Positions 38,240 through 50,413 of a stretch of 64,000 nucleotides of DNA are shown piece by piece (within the stretch, counting starts at the first letter, position 1; each line of letters begins with the position of its first letter). The translations under genes and the position numbers were made by a program. Source of the stretch: Lama glama (taxonomy: Eukaryota). The stretch is from assembly GCA_028534125.1 (NCBI GenBank), contig CM052817.1:50780001-50844000 (forward strand), written 5' to 3'. The notes under the pieces were generated by a model that was not told the origin of the DNA, made no database searches, and saw nothing but the letters and a program-made list of their open reading frames with translations.

Positions 38240-39290
38240 ACGTGTCTTTGTGTACTAATGCCACAATAATCCTAAATAACATACCATCACAACACTCAGG
38301 GCTTCTAAAGGCAAGCGTCTTTTCACACTCACTAGGGTGTGAATTGACTGTCCTTGAACTTCAGGCTATTTTTTGGTCCAGATTGGCTGCAGCTATGATC
38401 AGTTCTACAGGTGCCTCATTCTGGGGCCCAGGTTGAAGGAAGTCTCTGTAGGGAACTCCTTCCCTCAGCAATTTAACTATCACCATGTTTGACATCCCCA
38501 AAGGATTCTTTATTAACACTCTTCTTCCCTAAAATTAAAAAAAAAAATGAGTAATAACCATGAGATAATCATATACCTATCAGTAATAATCTGTATTTTT
38601 TCTAAAAAATAAATTGAATAATATTCAAATTTAGTAAGACATTTTATATTGAAACTAAAATTTGCCTTAAAGCAAAAAACAATTACTCCTTAATATTTGC
38701 TTTTTAAACTAAAAAAACATTAACACAAATACAAACTCTAAGTGGTCACTTACAACAGCAGAAATAAAGCAACTCAAGTTGTTTCTATATCATTATGATC
38801 ACTGTGAAACTATCATTTAAAAAAATCTACTGGTTAGAAGCAGGGGTATGTAATGCTTGAGGGGCTGGAGGCTCAAACTCCCTCTGAAGTTTGAAGGCTA
38901 AGTGATCGTGACAAATGATGAATTTATTCAAAATGAATCCATAGAGCTTAGTCTGCTGTGCTGATGGCTGAATATAAATGCAGTAATTATTTGGAAGCTT
39001 AGCCCTATGAAAGATTTGTATGTTGTGACAGGGGGGTACCCTGTCCTTGGTAAACCTCTCTCTGCTTCTTTGGTATGTACATGGGATTCCTGGAGTTGAA
39101 GAAGTCACGCTCCACCACTCAGTCTCAATTCAAACCGCTGTTCACATCCTGTTTACTAACAACCTGTTGATCAAAACAGGTCACATGGCTAAGCCCAAAT
39201 CAAGGGATAGGGGAGTGGACTTTTCTCATGATGAGGTCACAGCATAGGAGTAAGGAGTATGAATTGAGATCAATATTTCAATCTATTCCA
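38240..39290 (-). mobile_element. Old MaLR LTR (MLT1H/I/J-like) split by a ~600-bp unidentified segment
   Basis: 38240-38440 and about 39045-39290 (tgatcaaaacaggtcacatggctaagcccaaatcaagggatagggg) both resemble MLT1; AT-rich unrelated sequence lies between them. Confidence 0.55.
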
Positions 39291-41659
39291 GTCAAAAATA
39301 AAAATATTAGATTTTATGACTGAAGAATATTTAACTTGCAAAGAAAAAAGAAATTCTGGTTACAAAAGGATTTTTTAGTTCAAAAAGTATTCATAGTGAT
39401 ATGTAACTGCCATCTTTGAACAATTTCTAAGCATACATTCACAAGAATGGCTTTTATAAACTATATATAAGATGTACAAAATTATATATTAGATATATAG
39501 AATAAATTACACTTCTTAGCCACAAAGCCTGGAATAAACCTTGGCATAGTACATAAAGATATAAAAGAGTAAATATCCAAGAAGCTATTAACTAGGTAAA
39601 GTATAAAGTATAGCATTGCTATTTATTCCTATTAATAGAAGTCATAAAGGCCTTTTGATAAAGGCCCTTTTCTCCAGTGATTTTATGACTTCTATGTATG
39701 TTTTGAATAACAATGAAGGAAATTGGAAACAAAATGCAAAGGTTTTGTGATTCAACAAAAAGAAAACTTAGGAAACAATAAGTATTCATTTAGAAATGAT
39801 AAAATGTTGGCATCTTCATAATTGAAGTCTTTAAGAGTATTATTTGTAGAACATTATAAAACTTTAAAAATGAATTTTAATGAATGTTTGTCTTATACTT
39901 GTGAAAACATACGTATTTATAACTCAGTTTTTAATGATGGTGGCTATAGAGTAAGTGATTGAAATATACAAACATTCTATAAATTGAATCCTTTCTTATG
40001 GTTCTAGACCTTTCCACATCTCTTCGGTATGTCCCCTGTCTGACTCACCCATAATTGCTGTATCAGAAGAAACTCCTTGTCTTCTCTGGGCTGGTACATC
40101 AAGTTTGGGGAATGTTTAGTCAGTTTACAACTAATTGAAGTTATGATACATTCTGTCTGCGTTAGTGGCATCTGTAAAGAGAACTTTTTATTTATTTTTT
40201 CCAGTGCAGCTTCTACCGAATGTCCATATTCTTTATGTGACATTAACTTCTCCTCTGCTGCTCATATCTTGACACTTCTTGTTCTCTCTCTGACTTGTGC
40301 TATGGTTGCTGAATGGTTTTCCATCTCTGAATATCTGGATGGGGTGGGGTTTGGTAATCAGTGTCCATTTTGAGTCATAGCTGAAAGAGATCACCTTCCT
40401 CACAGAAGTCGTGAAGTCCAAGAAACCTCCAGCTCAGCCCCCAGGTGGCTGAATAAACTCTTAGCTGTTACATTTATTATGTAGACTTCAAAAGCTCTCC
40501 AACTTCAGCTCCTGAACCAGCAGCCCTCACTGAACTTAACGTTATTAATTTTGCACATTCAGAGCTCTTCTTTCACTTGATGTTTCCTCAAAGATTTTCA
40601 AAAATTCTTCTTTAGAATGTCAGTGGGATTTTCCAGTAAAAGATATGACATGCATTATAGATTTATGTATATTCTAGTGATATTAAACTACATAATGTGT
40701 TACTCCTTAACTGTAGTTTTTCTATTTTATGGTAATATTGTAAATATAGTAGATACTTTTGCAACTAAAGAGAATTCCTCTGGGTTCATCACACAGTGAC
40801 CATTTCAGACAGTTGCTGTCGCTTTGTTTTGCTTTGTTTTTCTCTCTTACTTGTTATTTATCACTATCTGAGTAGCAAGGAAACAGTGACTACTGTTTAC
40901 TCTTCAGAATATGGAAAGTGCCTTACACGTGTCCTGTGTGCTCTAGGACCTATAATTGCAATGGAGAAAATGGGTTTAGTTAGATTCATTGTAACACTGT
41001 GAATCAAGCTAATTGCTGTTTTCAGTGTAGGCGACTCAATGCTAATAAGACAAGCAAAATAGCCGTTTATTCATTCAACATGTGTCTACTGACCAGAGAC
41101 GATTTTAGAACCAAAGAAAGGATCAAAGGACAGGGAGAGAATTTAATAGGGTAGATCCTCGTTAAATCAAATAATGCGAAATTTCAGGAAAATCCAAATT
41201 AAGAATGGTCACCATAGCTAATAATTTTTAAAATAAAATCTAGGCAGTATTGAATGCCAAATTTGAAAAGGTGAAATTTAAACAGAGATGCCAGACATTT
41301 GAATTCTAATTAAGCCTTTCTGCATCTATCTCATACTCGGTGGTATTCAAATTTCTATTTCCTAAAACTTGCAGATTACTAACCATCTTCCTTACTTGAA
41401 CATAAAATCCTTGAGGGTAGGCACGGTTGTATTCAGCAGTAATGTAACAAATCATGGCACATAAGAGGCACTCAACAAATAATTGTTGAGTAAATACATT
41501 TATTAGTGTTAATGATACCTAAACAAGATGATAAAGTTAGTCTCAACCAGGAGTGCTAAAACCACAGATAGCAAAGTTCTTTTGTGTAAACTGGAAAGAG
41601 AAATACATGTAGATATCCAAAGAAACTTAAGGTAAAATCAACAAGAGAGAAAGATAGTG

Positions 41660-41900
41660 ATAATAGCAATATTTCCATAGTGATTTTTATGTGCCCAGGA
41701 GCCTTCTAAGCATTTTACGTATATTCAGCTCATTCAGTCTTCACAGCAACCCTCTGACATGGATAATAGCATTATTCATTTTATTTTAGATGAAAAATTG
41801 AAGGATAGAGAGATTAAGAAAGTAGCCCAAGCTGATCCAGCTAACTCTTGGCCAATCTGGGATTTGAATCCAGTTTGGTTTCAGAGTCTGCTCTTAACCA
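41660..41900 (-). mobile_element. MIR SINE
   Basis: tcattcagtcttcacagcaaccctctga...cattttattttagatgaaaaattgaagg...ctgggatttgaatccag...cagagtctgctcttaacca. Confidence 0.85.
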
Positions 41901-43249
41901 ATAGGATACAAATAAAGTTCTTCAAGGCTTCATATAGAGGAAAATGAATCCTGGCAGGGGTGCAAGTAAAAACCTTAGTGGTAGTTTATAATTTTGGATC
42001 TCATCTCATGGAAGAAACTGTTACCAAGGAAAAGTGGTCACTTGAACAATTATTTAAATATCTTTAGAAGAAATTGTGTGTGTTTTGATGACAGCAGAAG
42101 TCTAGAAACTATTTCTATATCTGCTGTACTCCTGGGATGATTCAGAAGTATCACTTTGAGTATGTTGACAATTACTTAATGCAATATATACTTGTATAGT
42201 TGATTCTTTTTCACTGCTGAAAGTACAACAATGTGGAAGAGAGAGCAATGGATTTGAAATAAAAGGCATTGATTCAAATTTTAAGTTCTACAATGTACTA
42301 TCTCTGTTTTCCTATCTAAAAAGTGAGTATGATCCCTTAAATTGGGATGTGAGGTAGATAGAAAGCCAATTCCTCTTCTCAATATTTGAAGCAACTGAGA
42401 GATGGATAACCAGATAAGGCACCAAACGTGATGTACATTGCTTGACATCACAAAGAAATGAGAAGAAAGCATGCAACATACAGTCAATGCCAAGAAAGGT
42501 CAAAGACCATGAATATGCAGGACTCTCTTTTCTCTTACCAATAAGACAAGAAAATTCTCTTTTGGAGGGGAGTGACTGAGACCTAGAGGGTAATGCCCTT
42601 TTTCGTCATTACCAGTAAAAGTGCTCAAGTTCCTAGTTTACTGACTTGAGGCAAGGATATAAGTAAAGGGAAAATAAGGTTTCTCCTTAGAGTTGCTGAT
42701 TTTGTCTTTGTATCCCGTTGGACTCAAGCTGGTGGCTGCTGTTCAGGGAACAGACAGTAGTTATAAAAACAGTACTGTTTTCCACTTTCAAGGATCCTTA
42801 CAATATGTTAACTACTGCTTCTTTGTATTTCCTCTTGGAAAAACTAGGGGAAGGCTCACCTTTTGCTGAAGAAGACTGAAATGCATCTGAAAAAGTAAAC
42901 AGTAATTAACTCCAGGATTACACTTCACCTTCGGCCAAAAATTTATTCTCTACTTCTCTTTTTATATCAAATATAATTTATCAAAGATTCCTAATTATTT
43001 ACATGTATAATTATATTGGCAAAGATTAAGAGAGTGTCTGTATGGTCAGATACCTGTCTTCAGACTTCCTTTGGCAAGGGGCAAGTGGGCAGCCAGAATG
43101 CTGCATGTTGTTTGGAGTACCTGCCACACTACTCCTTCCTTCTAACCTCTCAGTGTCATAGTCATTGCTGGCATCAGGACTAGCCTGGCTGTGCCCCTCT
43201 TGGTTATGTTGGTCACCACAAATATAGGGGTCTCCCAGGCCACTTCTCA

Positions 43250-43830
43250 TTCCACACACTCTAATCTTTAGACACACTCTATGCCAGAATTAGTAATGGT
43301 AACTTACAGACTCCTTCCCATTTTCTAAACTCTTCCAGTTTGCCCTCTGGAATACATAGTCATCAGCAAATACCTCTGTTCTCATCCAGTTTGAGGTTCC
43401 CTTCACTTTCTTCCTTTAACTAAAATCTGGTTCTTTTCTGCTTTTCTGACAGTTCTTTCAAGAGCTGGTGGCTTTCTCTCCCCATCCTTCAGAACCACTG
43501 GGCCTGGAGTTGGGGTATAACATCCCTTTCCTTCCATATTGTTTCTAGATTAGTCTCTTTTATTCCACTGTAAAAGCATTAGTTCCAAATAGCATGTCAT
43601 CAAGCTCTACCACCTACTCTCTTTCCTTGCTGCATCCAACTCTCGAGGCACTCTTCTTCCTTCCATGAGAGATTTAGCATGTGGATCTCTGTCACCTATT
43701 CTAATACTACTCATGACCCAATTTTACTGATTTTGATATTTGTATGATCTGTCCAATAGTCTGTCTCATCAATTTCATGACCAGGTCCTCTCCTATGAAG
43801 ATCTTGTCCTCTGTCCTTCCTCAACTGCTC
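43250..43830 (+). mobile_element. L2 LINE internal fragment
   Basis: Pyrimidine-rich sequence resembling the L2 endonuclease region (taactaaaatctgg...gggcctggagttggggta). Confidence 0.55.
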
Positions 43831-44026
43831 ACAAAAAGAATAATTTATCTACCTCACATGCTCCATTGTGTGCATTATGAAATCTAATACCATCTTGCTC
43901 ATAGGTGACTCCTTAATGCCTAAACAGAACTAGCAAATAGGAGCCATTCAATACTCATTCACAGAATGTGCAAGTGGTTAAAAAGACATCAGCAAATATT
44001 TATTGAATAAGCACCATCAGTCTCAC

Positions 44027-45310
44027 TGTTACCAAAGTAAGGTCTGCCTACTCACCACATGAAAGTCAATACTCCAGAGGCAAATTTTGGTAAAAAGGAA
44101 AATTTGCCTTATTCCAGAGGCTAGCAACTAGGAGAGAGGGTAGACTCATGTCCAAAGGCTGACTCCCCACTGACAATCAGTAGGCAAGAGCTTTTAAAGG
44201 GGAGTTTCAGGAGTGTATGTGTGAAGGGAGGGGGCTACATGCAGCATAACATGGTCAGCTCTGATGATAATCTTGAAATTAGTAATGCAGTGGTCTGATC
44301 AGTATCATATTGATTGTTTTAAGCACAGTTCCAGAGTCGATTTGTTCCTATTTCTTTTAGGCCAGTTCTCATAATTGTGGCAACTTATGTCATGGCTACA
44401 GCCTGGTCATCATGTAGTTAACTTCTTCCACCTGGTGGGGGTTTTAGTATCTATAAAACAGCACAAAGGATATGACTCAGAATATTATCAATAGCCCTTG
44501 AGGAGGAACTAAATGTCACTATTTGGTCTTGTTTTGTTACCAGAGGAGGGGAAAAAAGATACCCCAGTTCTTTTTCACCTGAAAAAAAAAAGAATTTTTA
44601 GCAAGAGACAGAAAGAGTGATATAAACAGAAGATTTTGTCAGTAAAGTAAAAAGATAGTAATATATAGTACACCCCAGAGAATTAATTGGGTGTGGGCCA
44701 ACCCAAGAGAGGAGAAATGGCACTGCTCCTTTGTTTTTCCTGTTCTTATATCTTGGCTAAGGGGGCATTTTCGTGATTGATTGATTGATTGATTCACAGC
44801 TCATGTCCTTTCAGTGCTCAAGCTCTCTGACAGCTCGTGTTTCTTGTGCTCAGGCTGATTGGTTGACAGTTCACATTCCTTGTGCTCAGGCTCAGGTACA
44901 CCCATCTCTTTTATGCATGTTCTTACCCATGTTGCACACAGAGAAACCTATGGGAGGGGGCTCAGACTGCAGTGTTAATTACATTATAATGAGCATTGGT
45001 CAAGTTAAGCCAGGTCCTTCTCTCTACTGTGCAGCCGCAGCATTTGATTTTGGCCAGCTTCTTTGCTGGCCATCGTTTATAGAACATAAAAGATTTTGAA
45101 TCCCCTTACCCTGAGCACAGGCGTACTGTTATTTTCTGGGTTGCTCCCACTCCCTTTCTCCCCTTGCTGCCTGGTGCTCATTTCTATCTAATTGCCTAAC
45201 AATTTGCTTTCTTTTGCTTCTACATTTTCTCACTTCTTTGATGAAGTTTATTCCTTGACTAAAGTTTTTCTACAGACAGAAGGCAGGTGGAGGACGTGGT
45301 GGGGGTCTGT
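44027..45310 (-). mobile_element. ERV1-class LTR (MER41-like), host of a nested LTR
   Basis: Starts tgttaccaaag; agcccttgaggaggaactaaa precedes the insert; ttctacattttctcacttc...actaaagtttttctacagacagaaggcaggtggaggac follows it. Confidence 0.75.
44535..45201 (-). mobile_element. Nested ERV1-class solo LTR (667 bp)
   Basis: TGTTA...TAACA inverted termini, flanks gttt and attt (4-bp TSD, one mismatch), TATAAG and CCAAT on the minus strand. Confidence 0.8.
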
Positions 45311-45925
45311 CACCAGGATGCCAGTCTGAACCAGTTTTCCGGAATTGACAACCTATGCACTTAAATTTAATTGGGAGAAATCTCTGAATAAGTTTAGGAT
45401 GACACCACAGGTACCATGTTGAAATAGAGATAGTCAGAGTTGAATCCCCTCATCATATTGCCTTCTCACAAAAGGTCAAGACAGATATTTCTGAAAGAGT
45501 AAAATTGAATAAATACATGACTAGATAATTGTACTGTCACTCCAGCCACAGTGCTTTCTGAAGGCTTTCTTCTTCTAATATTTTAATATCCATCTCACTT
45601 TTAATTTATTTTGCTTATGAGCATTTCCTTCCTAAATGATGATACAGCCGTGATCTTCTGTTAACAGTCAATCCTCAATTAAAGCAGTTACCCCTCAAAT
45701 TAAATGTGTTCATTCACAGACCCATCCTTATTTTTTTTGCTAGTCTCTATGACTTTTCCAGTTCTTAGTCAAATCTCCTGGCCTTTTAGCACTGCACCAC
45801 AAAGACTGGGACTATATCCTTTCACTCTAAAGATTCTGTATCCAGTGGAAGGAATTTTTTTGGCCCTAAATTTATCTCAAGTGGAGATTCATTATTAGTA
45901 GTTTTCTGACCTGACCTGAAGATGC

Positions 45926-46420
45926 TTTTTTAAAAATTTATTTATTATTGAAGTACAGTCAGTTACAATGTGTCAATTTCTGATGTACAGCACAATGTCC
46001 CAGTCATACATATACATACATATATTCATTTTCATATTCTTTTTCATTAAAGGTTATTATAAGATATTCAGTATAGTTCCCTATGCTGTATGTAAGAAAT
46101 ACATTTTTTATCTATTTTTATATACAGTGGCTAACATTTGCAAATCTCAAACTCCCAAATTTATCCCTTCCCACCGCCTTTCCCTTGGTAACCATAAGAT
46201 TATTTACTTTGTCTATGAGTCTGTTTCTATTTTGTAGACGAGTTCATTAGTGTCTTCTTTTTTTCTTTTAGATCCCACATATGAGTGATATCATATGGTA
46301 TTTTTCTTTCTCTTTCTGGCTTACTTCACTTAGAATGGCAATCTCTAGGTCCATCTATGTTGCTGCAAATGACATTATTTTATTCTTTTTTATGGCTGAG
46401 TAGTGTTCAGTTGTATAAAT
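45926..46420 (-). mobile_element. Young 5'-truncated L1 (camelid/artiodactyl type)
   Basis: T-rich tail then attgaagtacagtcagttacaatgtgtc...; TSD ctgacctgaagatgc (45911) and ctgacctgaaaatgc (46421). Confidence 0.93.
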
Positions 46421-46976
46421 CTGACCTGAAAATGCTTTGAGCTTTGACATTCACAATGCCTGGTATCTAAGCAATATCTTTGCAGTGTGGGTCTCCCCCA
46501 ACCTCATTCTTACCTTTCAGAAATTTGAATGTCCTAGCGCTTGAGGGACTTCAGTTACTTTAATGAGAGCAGAAATATTTCTTCCTGTTATATTTTTTCT
46601 TCAGAAGGGCGCTTCATTTTTCTTTGTTGTTTCCTTTAGCCTTCCAGTCAAGTTCAGACAAGTATAAAATTAAGCTGCTTTGGATGTTAGCTCCTTTCCA
46701 GTTCGAATATATCTTGGGCTACCAATATTTGCAGTTTCAGAGATCCAGTATTTCTTTTCCTTTTCCTTTACTTTTTGGACTGGACATTTTATCTCCTAAC
46801 ATATGGTTTGGATACTGTCTTGCAGGGTTCCTTATAGGGAGTGATACAGAGCCAGTTCCTTCTTTGTCAGCAGGCAAACATTTGCCATCCCAGCTCACCC
46901 AGTGTTGGGTACTGCCACCTGGTACACAACTTTTGATGGGTCCAATACCTATCCCTCCTTGGACTTCATTTATATA

Positions 46977-47162
46977 CAGTTAACTCTTCAACACAGCTGT
47001 GAACTGTTTAGGATCACTTATAGGCGAATAGTTTTCAACTGTAAATGCTATAGTACTACACATTTAGTGATTGACTAAATCTGCAGAAGTGGAACCATGA
47101 ATAGAGAGAAACGGTGACTAAGGATTACTGCCCCAATCCCCACTTTGTTCAAGGGTTAGCTG
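46977..47162. mobile_element. TcMar-Tigger MITE (MER8-like)
   Basis: ta|cagttaactcttcaaca...tgttcaagggttagctg|tg terminal inverted repeats; internal tagtactacac motif. Confidence 0.8.
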
Positions 47163-47435
47163 TGTTGTTCTCCTGTCTGGAACCATTTAGTGGATCTCGC
47201 TTTCTTTGAACATTCCCTCAGAGATAGAGATTCACAATATTGCATAACACGAACATTTACTTCATAGACAATAACCAGCAACGCCCCAACTTCAACTGTC
47301 ATATTCAGACTCTTCTGCTAATCCTCAGATTAAACTATGCTGCTATACTCAGTTTCCTCATCCCATGACCTCAAACTTGACTACACATTAATGAAATAGA
47401 GCTATCCTAGTCTTTAAGAAGTAGTTCCAAAATTT

Positions 47436-47929
47436 CTTTCTTTTTTTTTGTTATTGAAGTATAGTTGATTTACAATGTTGCGTTAGTTTCTTGTGTACGG
47501 CAAAATGATTCAGTTATTATATATATTTATATATATGTGTGTGTGTGTGTGTATATATACACACACACAGATTCTTTTTCAGGTTATTTTCCATTATAGT
47601 TTTTAATAGCATGTTGAATATAGTTCCCTGTCCTATACAGTAGGACCTTGTTGTTATCTATTTTAAACGTAGTAGTGTTTCTCTGCTAGTCCTAAACTTT
47701 TAGTTTATCCCTCTCTTACCCCCTTTCCCCTTTGATAACCATTAGTTCGTTTTCTTTGTGAGTCTGTTTCTGTTTTGTAACAACAACAACAAAAAAGAAA
47801 TAACGCCATTTGCAGCAACATGGATGGACCTAGAGATTATCATACTGAGTGAAGAAGAAAGACGCATATCATATGATAACCACTCAAATGCGGAATCTTA
47901 AAAAATGATACAAATAAATTTATTTACAA
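47436..47929 (-). mobile_element. L1 insertion with 5' inversion
   Basis: 47436-47780 is a minus-strand L1 3' end; about 47790-47929 is the adjacent L1 segment in + orientation (gccatttgcagcaacatggatggacctagagattatcatact...tatttacaa). Confidence 0.9.
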
Positions 47930-50296
47930 CAGTTCTTATTGACTGCCTGCCATGATTTTAAGAGACAGGCTCTCACTTGTTTCTTATATCTGGGTTTTTT
48001 CCTGGAAATTTCTTTTGTTTCTGAGACCTCTGCTTAGATTTAGTTTAGCTCTAGTCCTCCTCACTAACCCAGAAATATTTTCTCATTACCTGGCCCCATT
48101 TAAAACGCAGTTGGGCAGGTTATGTCTTCATGTCTTTCACATCTCTCAGCCGGCAGAGTTCACAACTATGGAAAAAGCTTTCTTATTCTCCAGCATTATT
48201 AGCATCCATTCCTCTCTTGTTTTCTGATCATATAAATTTTTTCTACCTATGAACTGATGCTTGATTATTTACACAAAACTAACTCCTAGAACAGAGTGTT
48301 ATATGCACAAGCCTCATTAATTTCTTTCTTAGCCTCTGGATTCCTGATAATTTCATTGAGTATTTCCTCAATCTAAACTAACAACACAATTTGTCCTTCA
48401 CATAATAAGGTCTTAGTCCTCTTTAACCTCTTTATAGATAAAAATCAACCACACTTTTGGAGTTAAACTACAATTTGAGTGATTAATATAGATAAGCTTT
48501 ATTAAAATTTATAATGAACTCAAGATGTATTGAAATAGGGATCTATTAATGTATAAATATGTGTGTATAGGTATACCTTATATGTTAGGATTTGTACAGT
48601 CAAGGTTAACTCAGCCCCAATATTCATTAAAGACCAATGCTGGGTTTAGTTGATGTGGTTTAGTAAATCTTGGGGTTGCTAATTTTAATTCACCTGACTC
48701 TAGAAGAAAACTGCTGTTAATTATAGTATACATGTTTTCTTATTATTAAAACCAGGTTTTTCTATTTCTAACAATTCTAGGCTGTGAAATGCATTTTGTG
48801 AAAATCTCTGAGGAGTTAATACATTTTTAAATTCTGCTGAAATACTAAGAATGACTACTTCAACCTTTGGTATAGAAAATATGTATTACATCTTTATATA
48901 TTTAAATAGAAATACAAAGAATGCTGAACATATACGTCATATTCTATAATTTCATCATTTTTATATATGAAACTAAGCCAATAACCAGAAGAACATGTTG
49001 AAATATGTAAAACACTACAAAGTTCATGATTGCTTAGTGATTATGATTTATAGCCACCTACTTCTGCACCAAATAGTATGTTTGGGAAAAAAATCTGTCA
49101 AGTGTTACTTTCTTTATAGTATTTTTCTTCTTTGCACATAAGATAATTGAATTTCCAGTCGGTAAAATTGCACTCTCAGTAAAAAGTAGGGCTTGAATTT
49201 GAACCTAGCTTTGTTTGATTGCACAGCACATACTCTGATGTAATTTTGAATTCATTGGAGAAGCTAACAGTATATGCAGTGTCCTAAAGTCTAAGCTTAT
49301 TGAATATAACAGAAACACTGTTTTATTAACTGTTCATTATTTTTGGTTATGAAATTAGCCTTAATTGTGTCTTTAACTTCCGTGTGTATGTGATCACTAA
49401 GTGGATTTTTAAAACATTGGAGCTGTCTCTTACCTACCATTTTGAGCATATCCCTGAATAAGTATAATCCTCTTACATAGGCACTCCCTCTAGAAATCTG
49501 TCTCAAATTTAACAAGTATCAAGATTGTTCCATCCATTTTTTTAAATTTTAAATTTCAACACAGCATCCTTTTTCATTCTGATTCTGGTAATGGCTTTTT
49601 TCCATACTTTTTTTTTTTGCAATACTCTTTCTGATATCATATTCTTGTGTTCAATATTTTTTTGGACCCATTATTAGAAGATTTCTTAATTTCATGAGAA
49701 TACTGGCCAAAGTAAATATTTAGATTATTCTTACCCCAGTATCTTTAACGGGAAAGTTAACTTCAATATCATAATTTTATAGGTAGGAGGATACCGTACT
49801 GGAAGAGTGAGTTCATTTCACCTTAATGATAGTGAATGGTTTCTTCAGAAAACAGAACCAGTAGAAGGTTCTAAGAAAGAATTCTTAGAAGATCATCACA
49901 GTTACCACAGGAGATTTGCAGTGTATTTTTTACAATTTAAGACAATGACTTAAACCATTACCTTTTGTCATCTCCAAATAATGTAGAATCACCATAGAGT
50001 ATTGTTTCTGTCTCCAGGTAGAAGTGATGCTCTTAGAGGTATCTAAGTTATTTCAAGGATTATAATTTAGGGTTTTTTGAAAAATCACATTTTTAAAGCA
50101 AGATTATTTCCCCCAATTAAGTACTGTTCACTCTAACATCATTATGATGTGTTAGACGTGTTATGAGACTGATAAACATTTAAAGGCTGACTTTGCTGTA
50201 ATGTCCTGAAACTGAGTAAAAGAAACTTTTTAAAAGATGTTATTTTATTTTATTTTTTAATATGTACCTATGTACATACATACAATCATTTATACC

Positions 50297-50413
50297 TTTT
50301 TTGAGGGGGGAGAGGTAATTAGGTTTATTGATTGATTGATTGAGGTTCTGGGGGTTGAACCCAGGACCTCACTCCTGCTAGGCATGCGATCTACCACTGA
50401 GCTATACCCTCTC
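50297..50413 (-). mobile_element. tRNA-derived SINE, camelid Vic-1 type
   Basis: Reverse complement reads gagggtatagctcagtggtagatcgcatgcctagc...cctgggttcaaccccc...aaacctaattacctc; homologous to the copy at 28587. Confidence 0.9.
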
